In this document: piece after piece, positions 10,810 to 23,767 of the stretch
Layout of the letters: each line of letters begins with the position of its first letter
Numbering within the stretch: position 1 is the stretch's first letter
NCBI RefSeq assembly: GCF_018350175.1
Contig: NC_058368.1
Span: forward strand, 20,028,001-20,092,000
Direction of reading: 5' to 3'
From: Felis catus
Lineage: Eukaryota
DNA: 64,000 bases
Program-made: the position numbers and the translations under genes
Notes under the pieces: generated by a model
What the model was told of the DNA's origin: nothing
What the model saw: the letters and a program-made list of their open reading frames with translations, nothing else
Database searches by the model: none

Positions 10810-12237
10810 TTTTTCCTAATTTTTAACTTGTGGTAAAAAAAAAAAAAAAAAAAAAGAAAACCCACATAATATCAAATTTACCATCTTAACCATTGTTTGT
10901 TTGCTTGTTCATTTATTTAAGTAATCTCTATAACCGTGTGGGGCTTGAACTCAACCCAGAAATCAAGAGTCCCCTGGTCTTCCTGCTGAGCCAGCCGGGT
11001 GCCTGCTGTCTTAATCATTTTTAGGTGTACAGTTTGGTAGTATTAAGTATATTCACACTGTTTTGCAACCAGTCTCCAGAACTTTTTCATCTTTCATAAC
11101 TGAAACTTTATACCAGTTGAACATAACTTATTTTTTCCTCCCTCTAGTCCCTGACAACCACAGTTCTAATTTCTATCTCTATTTGAATACTCTAGAGATG
11201 CCTTATATAAATGGAATCATACAGTGTTAGTCATTTTGTGACTGGCTTATTTCACTTAGCATAATGTCTTCACCATTCATCGCTGTGGTAGCTTATTTCA
11301 AGATTTTATACTCCTTCTTAGGACCGAATAATTTTTCATTGTATGTATATACCACGTTTTGCATATCCATTCATCCATGATAGACTTTTGGGTTTCCACC
11401 TCTTGGCTATTTTGAATAATGCTGCTATGAACAAGGTGTGCAAATGTCTCTCTGAGATCCTGCTTTCAATTCTTTTGAATATACACCCTGAAGTGGAATT
11501 GCTGGATCCTGTAATTTTATTAAATTTTTGAAAAACTCCTCTATTTTGCATAGTGGTCGCAATTGTTTTATATTCCCACTAACAGGGCACAAGAATTGCA
11601 ATTTCTCCACATGCTTGTCAACACTATTTTCTGTTTTTCTGATTTGGGCCATCATAATAGATATAAGTGATATCTTACTGGTTTATTTGCATTTGCCCAA
11701 TTATTTATATTGAGCATCTGTTCATATGCTGGTTGGTCATTTGTATATTGGTTTCGGAGAAACGTCTGTTTAAGTTCTTTGCTCATTTTTTAATTAAGTT
11801 ATCTGGTTTTTGTTGTTGTCGTTGAGTTGTGGGAGTTCTTTAAATATTTTGGATATTAACCCCTTACCAGATACGTGATTTGCAAGTTTTTCTCCCATTT
11901 CATGGGTTCCCTTTTCACTCTTGATTGTGTCCTTTGATGACAGAAGTTTTAATTATTGATGGAGTCCAGTTTAATTTTTCTTTTGTTGCCTATGCTTTTG
12001 GTATCCTCTCCAAGAAATCATTGCCAAACCCAATGTCTCTGAAGCTTTCCCCCTATATTTTCTTTTAGGAGTTTTAGTTTTAGGTCTTGCATTCAAGTTT
12101 TTAATCCATTTTGACTTAATTTTTGTATATGGTGTATGGTAAGGGTCCAACTTCATTCTTCTGCCTGTGGACATCTGGTGTTCCTAGCACCATTTGTTTG
12201 AAGAGACTCTCCTTTCCCCCATCGAAAGGCTTTGGCC
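10810..12237 (-). mobile_element. 5'-truncated old LINE-1 (L1MA/MB-like; ORF2 end + 3' UTR)
   Basis: Minus-strand ORF2-like peptides (MKLDPYHTPYTKIKSKWIKNLN, LQDPAIPLQGVYSKELK, FIAALFKIAKRWK); flanking direct repeat agtccgtgaactt 10797-10809 / agtccttgaactt 12238-12250. Confidence 0.9.
10895..11003 (-). mobile_element. Short old carnivore SINE nested in the L1
   Basis: gggcttgaactc..aatcaagagt..ctgagccagccgggtgcc; flanked by tcttaaccatt / tcttaatcatt. Confidence 0.8.
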
Positions 12238-14506
12238 AGTCCTTGAACTTCTTATAAACCTCTTAAACTTATCTTCAATAATTTTTATTGGCTCATAATT
12301 CTTACTGATGGATAGGGGACTCTACAGTCAAATTTGCTTAAAAGTTTTTTCTCTCCATCTTTTTTTAACTGGATAAAAGAAGCACAATGGCCAGGAATGT
12401 GAAAATTGGAATCCCAGTCCTGACCTTGATACTGAATTACTGTGTAACATGCTTTACCACCCTGTGCCTCTGCTTCTTCATATTCCAGATTACTAATAAT
12501 GAAGCCATTGTACTGTTATTATAGAAATGATTAGAGGTTTAAATGGGATGGTATATTAAAAATGTACTTTCAAACTTGTCAAGTGCCAAGGAGACACAAA
12601 GCTTTCTTTTTTCCCTCAATAGGTTAGTTTGTTTACCTCTAGTTTTCTGTTATTTTTTGACCTTAAATTTGAAATTTTGATTATAAAAATGTGGTGATTT
12701 TTAAAGCAGAATTTTATTACATGCTTTGAAATCTAACAGCCTATTAAATATGTATTTTTTTTTCCCTTGGGCTTTGTATTGCTTCCTGAGAAAGCAGTGT
12801 GGAAAGTAAATGCTATCACTTGGCCGAGTTGTCATAATGGCAGTTGATAAATATGACGAAGCATAGGGATGGTTTGTAAGGTTCAGATAAGTCAGAAAGT
12901 CATTCTTTTTTGTAGGAATACAAGTTAGAGAAGAAGGGACCTTTACGTAGAACAAAAGCACATGTTGGAGGATTCTCTCAAATGGGAGCTCCCCCTAGTG
13001 CGTTTAAGATGAGATTTACACAAGTTTGTTTTGCAAGGGACCTTTGAGGAACACCTCTGTTGAGTATATCAAGGGATATTTTAATAAGAAGGTTTGAGCT
13101 TAAAGTAGCATGAAGTGGGTATGATTTATTTCCTATTGAGTATTAGTTTTAAAGGTGGTAATTTAAATGAAAAATTTTAGGACCTAGATTTTATTTTCTT
13201 TGAAAACACTGTCACTTTTCGTCATAATTTATGCTCTAAATCTGTTTTCTGAAGGATCAAAAAATTGCTTTGTCATGATCTTTCAAAAGAAAATGAAAAA
13301 GGATATCCAAAGGACATTATTGCATTCTTAATTAGAAATTACTGTGTAATTCTTACTGTGTAAGAAATTGTAAGTATAAAAAGCAAAAAATAATAGGTTT
13401 TACTTCTTCAAAGAGAATTTTATTTTCCCTTCATGCAAGGGAATGTCAATAATTACATATTAAATTGTGTACAACTGAAAATTAAAAGGCTGGGAACAAA
13501 TGTAATATTTGAATGAAAGAATTCTATTTTTCAAGTATTTTAAGTTGATTTAAGGTCATTTGTGGTCAGGAGTAAGGAAAGAACTGTTTAGACACGTTCA
13601 TGTCATAGGTTTCTACAAAGAGATTGTGCAACATTTTATAACTTGAAATTTCTTTAAATATTTAAAATAACCCTTAGCCAATATAACCCTTCACTCAAGT
13701 TTCTAACGTATATGTAAAATCATCTTGGTGGTCTTTTTTCATTTGCTTCAGCAGTGCCCATATGTTACTAGCCCTGTGTTCTTTCATTTAAAAAAAAGTA
13801 TTGCCCTTATGTAAACTTAATTTTTATTTAGCAGTGTTATTAAGTTTCTTAATTTAAACATGGTCCCAGACCATAGACAAAATACTAAAGTTTTTTGTTT
13901 CTGTTTTAGTTTGTCAGAAGAAGCAGATTCTTTTTCCCCCAACTTTTTTATTGAGGTACAACTTAAATACACAAATCTTAAGTGTGAAGCTTAGTGAATT
14001 TTTATATACGTTCTTGAGAACAAGATTGAACTTTTGTATCTCCTGACAGAAATCTTCACTGGACTTTATGTATCATTATGACTTTTGTTTTATGGGACTT
14101 TAGAATTGCAAGTCCTGTTAGAAGTTTACTCCATCTTCCTCATTCTATACATGAAGAAAGTAAAGCCCAGAAAAGTTTAGAAGGCTGATTTCTTTACACT
14201 TATGAAATATTTTAAAAGATTAAAATTGGTTATGGAACAGTTATACAGATTTTTTTATTAGCAACTTGTATGTTATTAAAGAACAAATTTTATTTACAAG
14301 TGTAACCAATAGCTATAAGTCCCTTTTTAGGGGTATGTCTGTGGTTCTCTACTGGAATATGCTTTCTTTCATTTCCTCTAGTGAAAACCAGGCAATTCAT
14401 TTTGCCAGTTTGTTACAGTTAGCCTTTCTTGTAACACTATGAAAATACTGTTATATGCAGTTGGAATTCCTCCCCACTCCCTTGGAAAAAAGTTAATATG
14501 AACGTT

Positions 14507-14670
14507 GGGGGCCCTGGGGTGGCTCAGTTGATTAAGCGTCCTACTTTCTGGTCATGATCTTGCGATTCATGGGTTCGAGTCCCGTGTCGGGCTCTGTGCT
14601 GACAGCTCAGAACCTGGAGCCTGCTTCAGATTCTGTTTCTGTCTCTATCTGCCCCTTCCCTGGTCACACT
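14507..14670 (+). mobile_element. Carnivore SINE lacking its tail (left half of fused inverted pair)
   Basis: gggggccctggggtggctcagttgattaagcgtc...gagcctgcttcagattctg...ctgccccttccc. Confidence 0.9.
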
Positions 14671-14678
14671 GGGGAGGG

Positions 14679-14728
<50 letters not shown>

Positions 14729-14876
14729 GAGAGAATCCCAAGCAGGCTCCTCACTGTCAGTGTGGATTCGCTATGGAGCTCTTTGCGGGGCTCAGATTCC
14801 CAAACTGTGAGATCACGACCTGAGTGAGCCAAAATCAAGAGTTGGATGCTTAGCCTACCAAGCCACCTAGGCGCCC
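14671..14876 (-). mobile_element. Carnivore SINE lacking its tail (right half of fused inverted pair)
   Basis: ggggagggggcag(ag)n...aatcccaagcaggctcc...agccacctaggcgccc. Confidence 0.9.
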
Positions 14877-14959
14877 AGATATAAGATAATTTTGAAAACC
14901 TCTTAGCATCGTCTTTTAAGATTTAGAAAACTCTGATTGGTTCTGTCTGTTCCCACTCC

Positions 14960-15400
14960 ATCCGTGAGTTCCAGGCCAGTCATGTAACCTCTCAGCCTCA
15001 GTTTCCTCATTAGGAAGATGAGGTGAAAGGATCTATGCTGCAGGATTGTGGTGAAGATTAAGTGGTATGGAATGTAATTTATTGTAACACTTACTCTCAT
15101 TTTTATGAATTTCCTTTTATTTGCATTTTAAAGACTGGAATTGTGGGCACATGGTATGTTATACAGCTTTTTTCAGTATAAGCAGAAGAACCGCTTCATT
15201 AGAACTGGTCGTGCCTGGCTCTGCCACTTACTAGCTTAGGCTGTATTGACAAGTCCCCTTAGCCTCACTGAACTTCAAATCACTTATCCACCAAATGGTG
15301 AAAATAGCATAATTCTTGGGAATTTTTGTAAGAACTAGAAATATTAACCATTTAGCAAAGTGCCTGTTTGGCACATGGTAGGAACTCAGATGACGATGAT
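14960..15400 (+). mobile_element. Two MIR fragments
   Basis: MIR core aacctctcagcctcagtttcctcat ~14986; ctggctctgccacttactagct and tgcctgtttggcacatggtaggaactca ~15215-15390. Confidence 0.7.
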
Positions 15401-16482
15401 TAACTGTCGTGCCCAATGTTATGTTAAACACTTAACAGGGCATAGCTTTGTAATCCGAAACCTTTGACAGAAGTTCCATAACCCAACATCTATCCATCAT
15501 AAACATCGTAAGAAGCTAGAATTAGCTAGCCAGTATTTCCAGCTAATGTAAAATTTTGTGCCATAAGGAACAAACATAATGGTTTTGGCTTTAAATTGAA
15601 GCTCCAAAAATATTTTCCCCTTGGTGTTGAAAAGTTTTTTCTCCAAAATCTCTATTTCTTGTTCAAAAACAGTTTGATAACATATTTAATTTAATAAAGC
15701 AAACATGTTTTTCGATTTGCAGAGAAAGAAGGTTTTAATTTTTTGAGGAAACTTAGATCTGAGTCCATTTCTAGGGCTTTGTAAATAGTATATTTTAGAA
15801 TACAAGTTGGTGTTGGTTGGGATGGGGTGGAGGGAGGATGTTCTTGTACAGAAGAAAGGTCAAATGTGAAATGTTATGATCCCTTTTATTATTTGTAATG
15901 TAGATTTATGTGGGAAAAATAGGATAAGCCTAGGAAGGATTTTTTCTATATGATAATAGTTCTTTTTTAGAGCATATGTGATCTAAAATCAGATGATTGG
16001 TATAGTGAGGTATAGTTGCACATAAGAAAATATTTTAACATAATCTTACAATTAAGAGGATTATTTGTAACCAAAGGACAAATTTATATCAGGCTAGTGA
16101 TGTCTTATCAAGATTTATTCTTGTTCCTATGCACTCTTGCTTTTTTAATCTGTTCCTTAAAAGGATATGGCATTTTAACATTTTCCATTTTTTGCTTTCG
16201 CCTAGATAAGCTGAGGGACTCATGGTAAAGGTCCTCAGAAGGATTATATTGTCTGACAAACTGTTACAGTGATGAAAACAGTTCTGAGTATGTGAGAAAA
16301 AGTAATTGTAGCATTAGCTATTAATAATGTACTTTGAAACTCCTCAATGGCAGTATTGATGCTGGCATGTTAAAGGAAACCTCGTTAGATATTAGGAAAC
16401 ATCAACAAAGTCTTCTGGTTATTTTGGAGTTTGAACACTGGAAGCATACCAACAATTATTCTGAAAGGATTAAAAACAATAG

Positions 16483-16711
16483 TTTTTTTTGTTTTTGTTT
16501 TTGTTTTTTTTTTAATGTGTATTCATTTTTGAGAGAGAGAACAGAGCGTGAGCTGGGGAGGGGCAGACAGAGAGGGAGACAGAATCCAAAGCAGGCTCCA
16601 GGCTTTGAGCTGTCAGCACAGAGCCCAACGCAGGGCTTGAACTCCCTGACCTCGAGATCATGACCTGAGCTGAGGTCGCATGCTTCACCGATTGAGCCAC
16701 CCAGGCGCCCC
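16483..16711 (-). mobile_element. Felid-type SINEC
   Basis: Full body, T-rich tail, aacaatag flanking repeat. Confidence 0.92.
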
Positions 16712-17078
16712 AACAATAGATTATTTTTAATCCCCAGAATTGAAGATGATTCTGTGTTCTGTGAAAGGTTAGGCTGCAAACCTCAGTAAGTGATGTTACA
16801 AAGGCTCCATCTACAAGATGATGACAGCATTCAGTCCTTTTGGATTATTGAGAGTAAGCAAAATGATGTCTTTGTGGCCTCTGATAATGCCTGAGTGGTA
16901 GTAATTCCTGGTCATTTATGTACTTTGGCAGGTAAAAGCTAATGTAAAATTTTGAATTTTTGTTGTACAGTTTTAGTTGTCAATCCATTTCTCAAAGCAG
17001 TAAGTTAGAAAAACCAAGAAATTGCATTCAGAAAATTGGGCCTAAATCAGATAATAGAGTAAAAAGTCTTTATATGTT

Positions 17079-17318
17079 GGAGTGCCTGGTGGCTCACTTG
17101 ATTAAGTGTCAGACTTGATTAAGTGTCAACTCAGGTCATGATCTTGTGGGTTCGTGGGTTCGAGCCCCGTGTTGGGCTTTGTGCTGACAGCTCAGAGTCT
17201 GGAGCCTGCTTCAGATTCTGTTGTCTCCTCTCTCTCCCCTTCGCCCACTAACGTGCACATGTGCTCTTTCTCTCTCCCTCTCTCTCAAAAAATGAATAAA
17301 TATTAAAAAAAATTTTTA
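17079..17318 (+). mobile_element. Felid-type SINEC with small internal duplication (acttgattaagtgtca x2)
   Basis: SINE body, (CT)n, AATAAA, A-tail; TSD gtctttatatgt on both sides. Confidence 0.92.
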
Positions 17319-18534
17319 AAGGTCTTTATATGTAAATTTTATTGTTAATCCAGAAGGGACAATGTCTAATCTCAAGCAACATTATATTGAATGTAACTCT
17401 TAATGTAATAAAAAAAAGAGTCATTCTTAGAGCTTCCATTTTAATGAGCTTAGAGCAACTATCAAAAACGTGTGACAACTATCCAGTCATTGATATGACC
17501 TCTGCTTTTTCATGAGGTTCATTTCTAAGGTAAAACCTTTGTGGATTTGTATGTATAGTTAGAAGGGCTTATATACTTTTCTTGGCAAAAGGCCCAAGTA
17601 TTATGTGGTTAGTTTCTCATTTCCTAAACATGTCACCTATTTTGAAAATTTTAAATCTATAAACACTTGGGAAGGGACTTAGTACTAAGCATCAGTAAAT
17701 GTTTGAGTCAGAGCCTAGGGAGTACAGAGTACAAATACCTTTTGTAATGGATTTGGAGAAATTTTAATAGTTCCTTCTAAAAAACCTGAAATTGGGTTAC
17801 CATCAATTCTTTCCTAAAAAGTGAAAATTCATGTTTTTTTTTTTTTTTTTTTTTTTTTACAAAGCAGAGCCCCTTAAAACTAATCTCGAATTATGATTTA
17901 TCCAATTAAATTATTTTCAGTTGGCCTTCAGCTATAGCACATGGGAAAAAATAGACTGTCAATTTTTCCAAGTGCTTATCATGAATTTTTTTTGCTTTAT
18001 TAAATTTAATGCTTTATTGCTAACTTTACTGACATGAAACATTTATTAGGCAGTTCCTTCTCATTTTCAGTTGTAGTCATGAAGATACTTACATAGAATG
18101 CTGTGGTTGAATTCCATCTTCTGTGTAGGAGAGCTGATGTGTGTGTGAATGATTTTTTTGTGAACATATGTGTAGATGTTTAGGAAAAAATAGCTCTTAA
18201 TAGTTAAAGACATGATTTAACCAGACTTTTGCAAAGGTAATATCTATACATTTGGTGGTAATCAACACCTCAAGGAGATGATTAGTCTGGATAGTATAGG
18301 TAGGTCTGTGTGATTTATTGATGTCAAATTAATTTTCAGCATTATTGCTATATATAACTTCATCTGTCTTTGAAAATAGGTTTTCATCCTGGCTTTTTTT
18401 TTTCTTTTTCTGCCATGTTTGCAACATGTTTACTATTACATTCTTTGCTGGAATTTTTTTCCCAAATTAATATTACCTAGTCCATTTAATATAACGAGCA
18501 TATTAGGTTTTTTTTTTTATCTAGAATGTTAGTA

Positions 18535-18742
18535 TTTTTTTTTAAGTTTATTTATTTTGAGAATGAGAACAAGCAGGGTGAGGGTCAGAGAGAGGGAGGG
18601 AGAGGGAATCTCAAGCAGCACATGAGCTCATCCATGTTCAGCACAGAGCCCAACGCAGGGCTTGATCATGACTGTGAGATCATGACCTGACCCAATGTCA
18701 AGAGTTGGACACTTAACCTACTGAACCACACAGGTACCCCCC
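18535..18742 (-). mobile_element. Older carnivore SINE
   Basis: aatctcaagcag...gcacagagcccaacgcagggcttga...caggtacccc. Confidence 0.85.
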
Positions 18743-19011
18743 AATTTTTTTTTTTTTTTTTTACTGCTATTACTGTTTAAATATTACGAAAACCAGTTAT
18801 TTATTTGTAGAGTAATCTTATTTAAACTTTAGGTTCCAGTTCAAATGTAAAACTCAAATTCTGTGAAGTTATTAAATATTTAATATTTTAGACCTATTGA
18901 ATTTATATTACTGGTTTTTGATGCAGTATTTCTTAGCCCTGTATGTTATGGAGTTTCCTTAACATTTTTGTCCTAAAGTCAAACTGTTCTTCAGTTCTTA
19001 CAGTATTTCTT

Positions 19012-19163
19012 TTTTCCCCCCGTGTTTATTTTTGAGAAAAAGAGAGCATGATGGGGGAGAGGCAGAGAGAGAATCCCAAGCAGGCTCTGCTGTCAGTGCA
19101 GAGCCGACCTGGGGCTCAATCCCATGAACCGTGAGATCACCGACTGAGCCACCAAGGCGCTCC
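19012..19163 (-). mobile_element. Carnivore SINE with internal deletion
   Basis: SINE motifs; flanks acagtatttctt / atagtatttctt. Confidence 0.85.
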
Positions 19164-19680
19164 TATAGTATTTCTTACATGATTACTGTTTGGTTTATTA
19201 ATTGAATCAAATTCTAGGATATTGCTCTTGGTCGTTATATTAAAATAAATATATGGGATTCCCCTGGCTTTTTCTTAAGTCTTATTCCATCTGTTTTTAA
19301 TGATGCTAATATTTTTAACATAAGGCATTGTATGGTTAGGTAAAGGAACTATATTTGTACACAACTGTATAATGGAATTACTTGAAACTAAAAGAATATA
19401 TATTTTAATGTGGAATTTTAATTGTTTAATTTTGATGTTTTTCTGTAGTTATAGACCTTAATTTATTCTAAGATGCTAGGTTTTCATACACTAGCAGATT
19501 TTTAAAGGTTTATTTTTAGATACCAAGCACATTTTAATTTTGACTACTTGTTTTGAATGTGTAATAAATGCACATGGTTAAAAAGTTCAAGCATTATAGA
19601 AAGTTACACAGTTGCTCACTTCCATTGTTCAGAGGCAACCATGGTTAATCAGTTTGTAATGTATCTTTCAGAGATCTTTT

Positions 19681-19902
19681 ATTTTTTTTTTAATCTTTTA
19701 AAAAATTTATTATTTTTAGAGAGAGTGGGGGAAGTGCAGGGGTGGGGGGAAGAGAGAGAGAGAGGGAGAGGGAGAGAATCTTAAGCAGGCTCCATGGTCA
19801 GCGTGGAAACTGATGTGGGGCTCTATTCCATGACCCTGGGATCATGACCTGAGCTGAAATCAAGAGTGGGACACTCAACCAACTGAGCCACCCAGGCTCC
19901 CC
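19681..19902 (-). mobile_element. Carnivore SINE
   Basis: Full body; TSD tttcagagatctttt on both sides. Confidence 0.92.
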
Positions 19903-21710
19903 TTTCAGAGATCTTTTCTATATATTCAGAGGTGCTATTTTTTTTTATAAACACTAATTTCCTAAGATGAATATTTTAGAGTTTTTTTTTTATCAAAAGA
20001 CTCATTTTTGCCATACCACTTGAGATCATAACTATAAAAGTAATCTTAAATTCTAAAACAAACATAAAACTTGTAATTCTGGCCTTGGAATATTGATTTA
20101 AATATAAGGCTGTCAGGCCTTTATTGACTTAAGTAATTAATATATTTTGTTTGGAATGTTTAATTAACCAGTTGTGATTCATTCCTGTAATATAACGAAC
20201 CTCCCACCCTTTAAAAGAAGCAAAACTGTATTAACGACAGTGAATTATTGAATAGAAGATATAATTAGCACATCAAAACTGTGATTTCATAGATCTTATT
20301 GATATAGTTTGAGGTAAAAATAAAATAACTGACTTCAAGGGAAATATTGAGTACATAAATATTAGTACAGGTAATAAGCAGATATTGACAAAATTGTGGT
20401 TGTGGTATGCAGTGGCCTGAAGTTGAGCAATACTGAACTAAATGTTATATATACTAGTTGACTTGTATTTGCAAAGTATGTATTAAAAGCTGCTTTTTTC
20501 ATTTCTATGTAGTTGTAATTGTGTTTATTATCAGTATTATGACAAATCTTTGGAAGTGAATTGCATCCTAAGATATTTTTCTTTTAGAAATAAGTTTAAA
20601 GGAGATGAATATTATGAAGTAGATGACATCTATATCACAGAACAATAATATTAATATTTCTGTGTTTTATATTTTCTCTATAGAATCTGAATTTTGACAG
20701 ATTATAAAGGGAGTGTCAGCATTTCTAAATGAGAATGAAGTAGTTGGTCATATTTTAGAGGAACATATATTGTTGCCTCTTTTTTAGATATGGTAGTAGA
20801 GGAAAATAGGATTGATAATGCCAGCTTTATGTTCTTATTTATGTAGATTTTACAAAGATGTAAATAGGGGACCTAAACATCTAGTTTAGCAACTTAACCG
20901 TTAAAAAAATTTTTAATAGCTGTCCTACTGAGTACTTGTCCAGTGGCATATGCATGAGAACCATTACTAATGCAGTACTTACTTCTCACGGCGATTCTTT
21001 CCTCCTCTTAACATAGTTGCTGTTGTTGCTATTACTTAACTCGAAAAGGAAGTTTTAGGTTGAAAAAGCACAGTCTGTTTCTGGAAGTTTCTGATTTTCT
21101 TGCTAGGGAATATACTTTTAGCCTATATGTGTAAGACATTATACATCTTAACATCTCTTTGGTTGATTTCTTTTGACTGTACCTTTCTGGGCATATGGCA
21201 AGATAACTAGACAATAGTTGGTGTAAGTAGCTGAAAATGCCATCACAGGAGAGCTGGTGGGCTGACATTTGGTGCACATTTTCTCTTCAGTAGCCCCTTT
21301 AATCCATGGGAAAAGTAGCTTTGCCATGGCTGTCCTTATGAGGTTGTTCCAAGGACTGATAACATGGAGCATGGTGCACGGGGAGAAAATGAGTCCTTTG
21401 GTACCATAGCAGAGATAGCCAATGAAAGTTTTACTGAATACTCAGGGGTGCCTTGCTTTTGCTTTGGAAGATAATAGTTAAGACTTATTTAAGGATACAG
21501 TAAAATTCCTGTATCTCTTCCAGCCCCCCCCACTACATTTTAAATTTATTGGGTAAAATTAAAAATTCTGATTCTGAGAACCGGGTTAGTTTGTATTTGA
21601 GGGAAATTTAGCCTTTTATGTTTTCAAAAAAATTTTTTTGGAAAATGTTTTAAAATTTTCAAAAACTTTTTTTGCAAAAATGAAATGGGTTCTAGTGGGT
21701 AAGATTACTT

Positions 21711-21926
21711 TATTATTATTTTTTTCATTTATTTATTTCTGAGGGACAGAGTGAGACAGAGTGTGAGTGGAGGAGGGGCAGAGAGAGGAGACACAGAATC
21801 TGAAGTAGGCTCCGGGCTCTGAGCAAGCATTCAGCACAGAGCCCGATGCGGGGCTTGAACCCACGAACTGTGAGCTCATGACACGAGCCGAAGTTGGACA
21901 CTTTGACTGAGCCACCCAGGTGCTCC
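21711..21926 (-). mobile_element. Felid-type SINEC
   Basis: Full body; TSD aagattactt. Confidence 0.92.
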
Positions 21927-22686
21927 AAGATTACTTAATTTAATTCTTTAAATTTTCTTATTGAGATTTTATGCCTTAATTTCATTGTTTTGGCTAACCC
22001 CATGGTAATATTAAATTATTGCAAGAACTTAACATTTGTGTTTTATGTTATCTTTAGCGGAATTTTTACCTGAGGTTTTTGACCAGTAGTAAAATCGGTT
22101 GTTTTTTTTTTTTTTTTTTTTTAATAAATTTTCTAAATGAGAAGATTTCCATTAGTAAATAGGTAGAATATTATACCTTGCACTCTATCCTTTAGGGACA
22201 TATTTAGATTTCTTTGCACCAAGAAGTACAGCTCTGAGAGAACCATCTGATTTTAATTCTGCTAATGGCAAAAGTAAACTTTTAGTCCCTCTACTGGTTG
22301 CCTTTGATGTAGCAGAACCTAATATTACTATTTTTTTGGAGATCTTGTAACTAAGGTAAAAGCTATTTATAACTTTATGACCAAGGTGAATTTTGTGGTC
22401 TATTCTAATATGGACTGTCCCCAAATTGAGTGACTTCATAAACATACAAGGAATAAAAATGTAAAGATTTGGGAATTACTGAACTGCATTGGTTTGGCAA
22501 CAGATAGTTAATGACATTAGAAGTCACAACTTTTGATCTTTGAAATGTTAAATTATTTTTTGTAACACATGAAAATTGTCTCATGATACTGGTAGACACC
22601 CAGAAATGTGCTTTAATTTACTGGGTAAAAATGTGTGAGAAAGATGCCAGTTATTTCCCGTGCTTCTGCCAAGCATAAATGCACTT

Positions 22687-22688
<2 letters not shown>

Positions 22689-22723
<35 letters not shown>

Positions 22724-22928
22724 TTTTTCAACGTTTTTATTTTTGGGACAGAGAGAGACAGAGCATGAACGGGGTAGGGGCAGAGAGAGAGGGAGACACA
22801 GAATCAGAAACAGACTCCAGGCTCTGAGCCATCAGCCCAGAGCCTGACGCGGGGCTCGAACTCACGGACCGCGAGATCGTGACCTGGCTGAAGTCGGACG
22901 CTTAACCGACTGCGCCACCCAGGCGCCC
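22689..22928 (-). mobile_element. Young felid SINEC_Fc-type insertion
   Basis: CpG-rich body, long pure T tail, perfect 18-bp TSD aagcataaatgcactttc (22671-22688, 22929-22946). Confidence 0.95.
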
Positions 22929-23210
22929 AAGCATAAATGCACTTTCACAGGCGGGGGAGGAGCAGTGTAAACTGTATAGAAGAAAACTGTCTTGGAGCAA
23001 CATCATCTGATCATTTGTTGCAGGTGATTTAGAAATTTATGCTTAAATAAATTTATTCTAACATTTATATTTCTATATAGAGGTAGGGATAATTTGTTCC
23101 TGAAGAAATAAAAACTGTCCTCTTATATATATGTGCAGTAAGTCATTATTATTCTAATTTTTATCATGACTAATCCTATTGTCTTTTTTAGTGTGATTCT
23201 TGAAGGGATC

Positions 23211-23325
23211 TTAGCCATGTTAGGGTTAAATAGTTAAATAATTATTTTATTAAATTATTTTATTAAATAATTTATTTTATTAAATAATTAAATAATTAGC
23301 CATGTTAGGGTTAAATAATTAAATA
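23211..23325. repeat. Local direct duplication (30-bp unit, 85 bp apart) with A/T-only spacer
   Basis: ttagccatgttagggttaaata(g/a)ttaaata at 23211-23240 and 23296-23325. Confidence 0.9.
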
Positions 23326-23568
23326 GGTGAAATGAAGATGGTCATATTTTTCTTTACTTTTTTCTACCTTTGATCTTTATCTCAATTTTCCAAAATTTAA
23401 AGTCATTAAAGATCTTAATATTGTTTTACCTTGCGTTTGTACCTATGCTCTCTGAAAGTTGGTTGACGTTCGTTTTCAAAAGTAAACATTCCATTTTGTT
23501 TACATTGTATTTTGTTGGAGTGTGTTTTTGTTGGGGAGAGGTATATTGATTTATATATAGAAAATTTA

Positions 23569-23767
23569 GGGGTACCAGGGTGGCTCAGTCGGTTGAGTGT
23601 CTTACTCTTGGTTTTGGCTCAGGTCATGATCCCAGGGTTGTGGGATCAGGCTCTGTGCTAAGTGTGGAGACTACTTGTGATTCTCTCTTTTCTCTCTTAA
23701 TTACCCTCTGCTCCTATCTCCGGCTCATGGTCTCTTGGTGTCTCTCTCTCTCTCTAAAAAAAAAAAA
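23569..23767 (+). mobile_element. Older carnivore SINE
   Basis: ggggtaccagggtggctcagtcggttgag...(ct)n A-tail. Confidence 0.88.

Noticed and set aside
22880..22928. tRNA-like A/B box sequences here and at other SINE heads
   Set aside because: These are tRNA-derived SINE 5' regions with tails and TSDs, not tRNA genes
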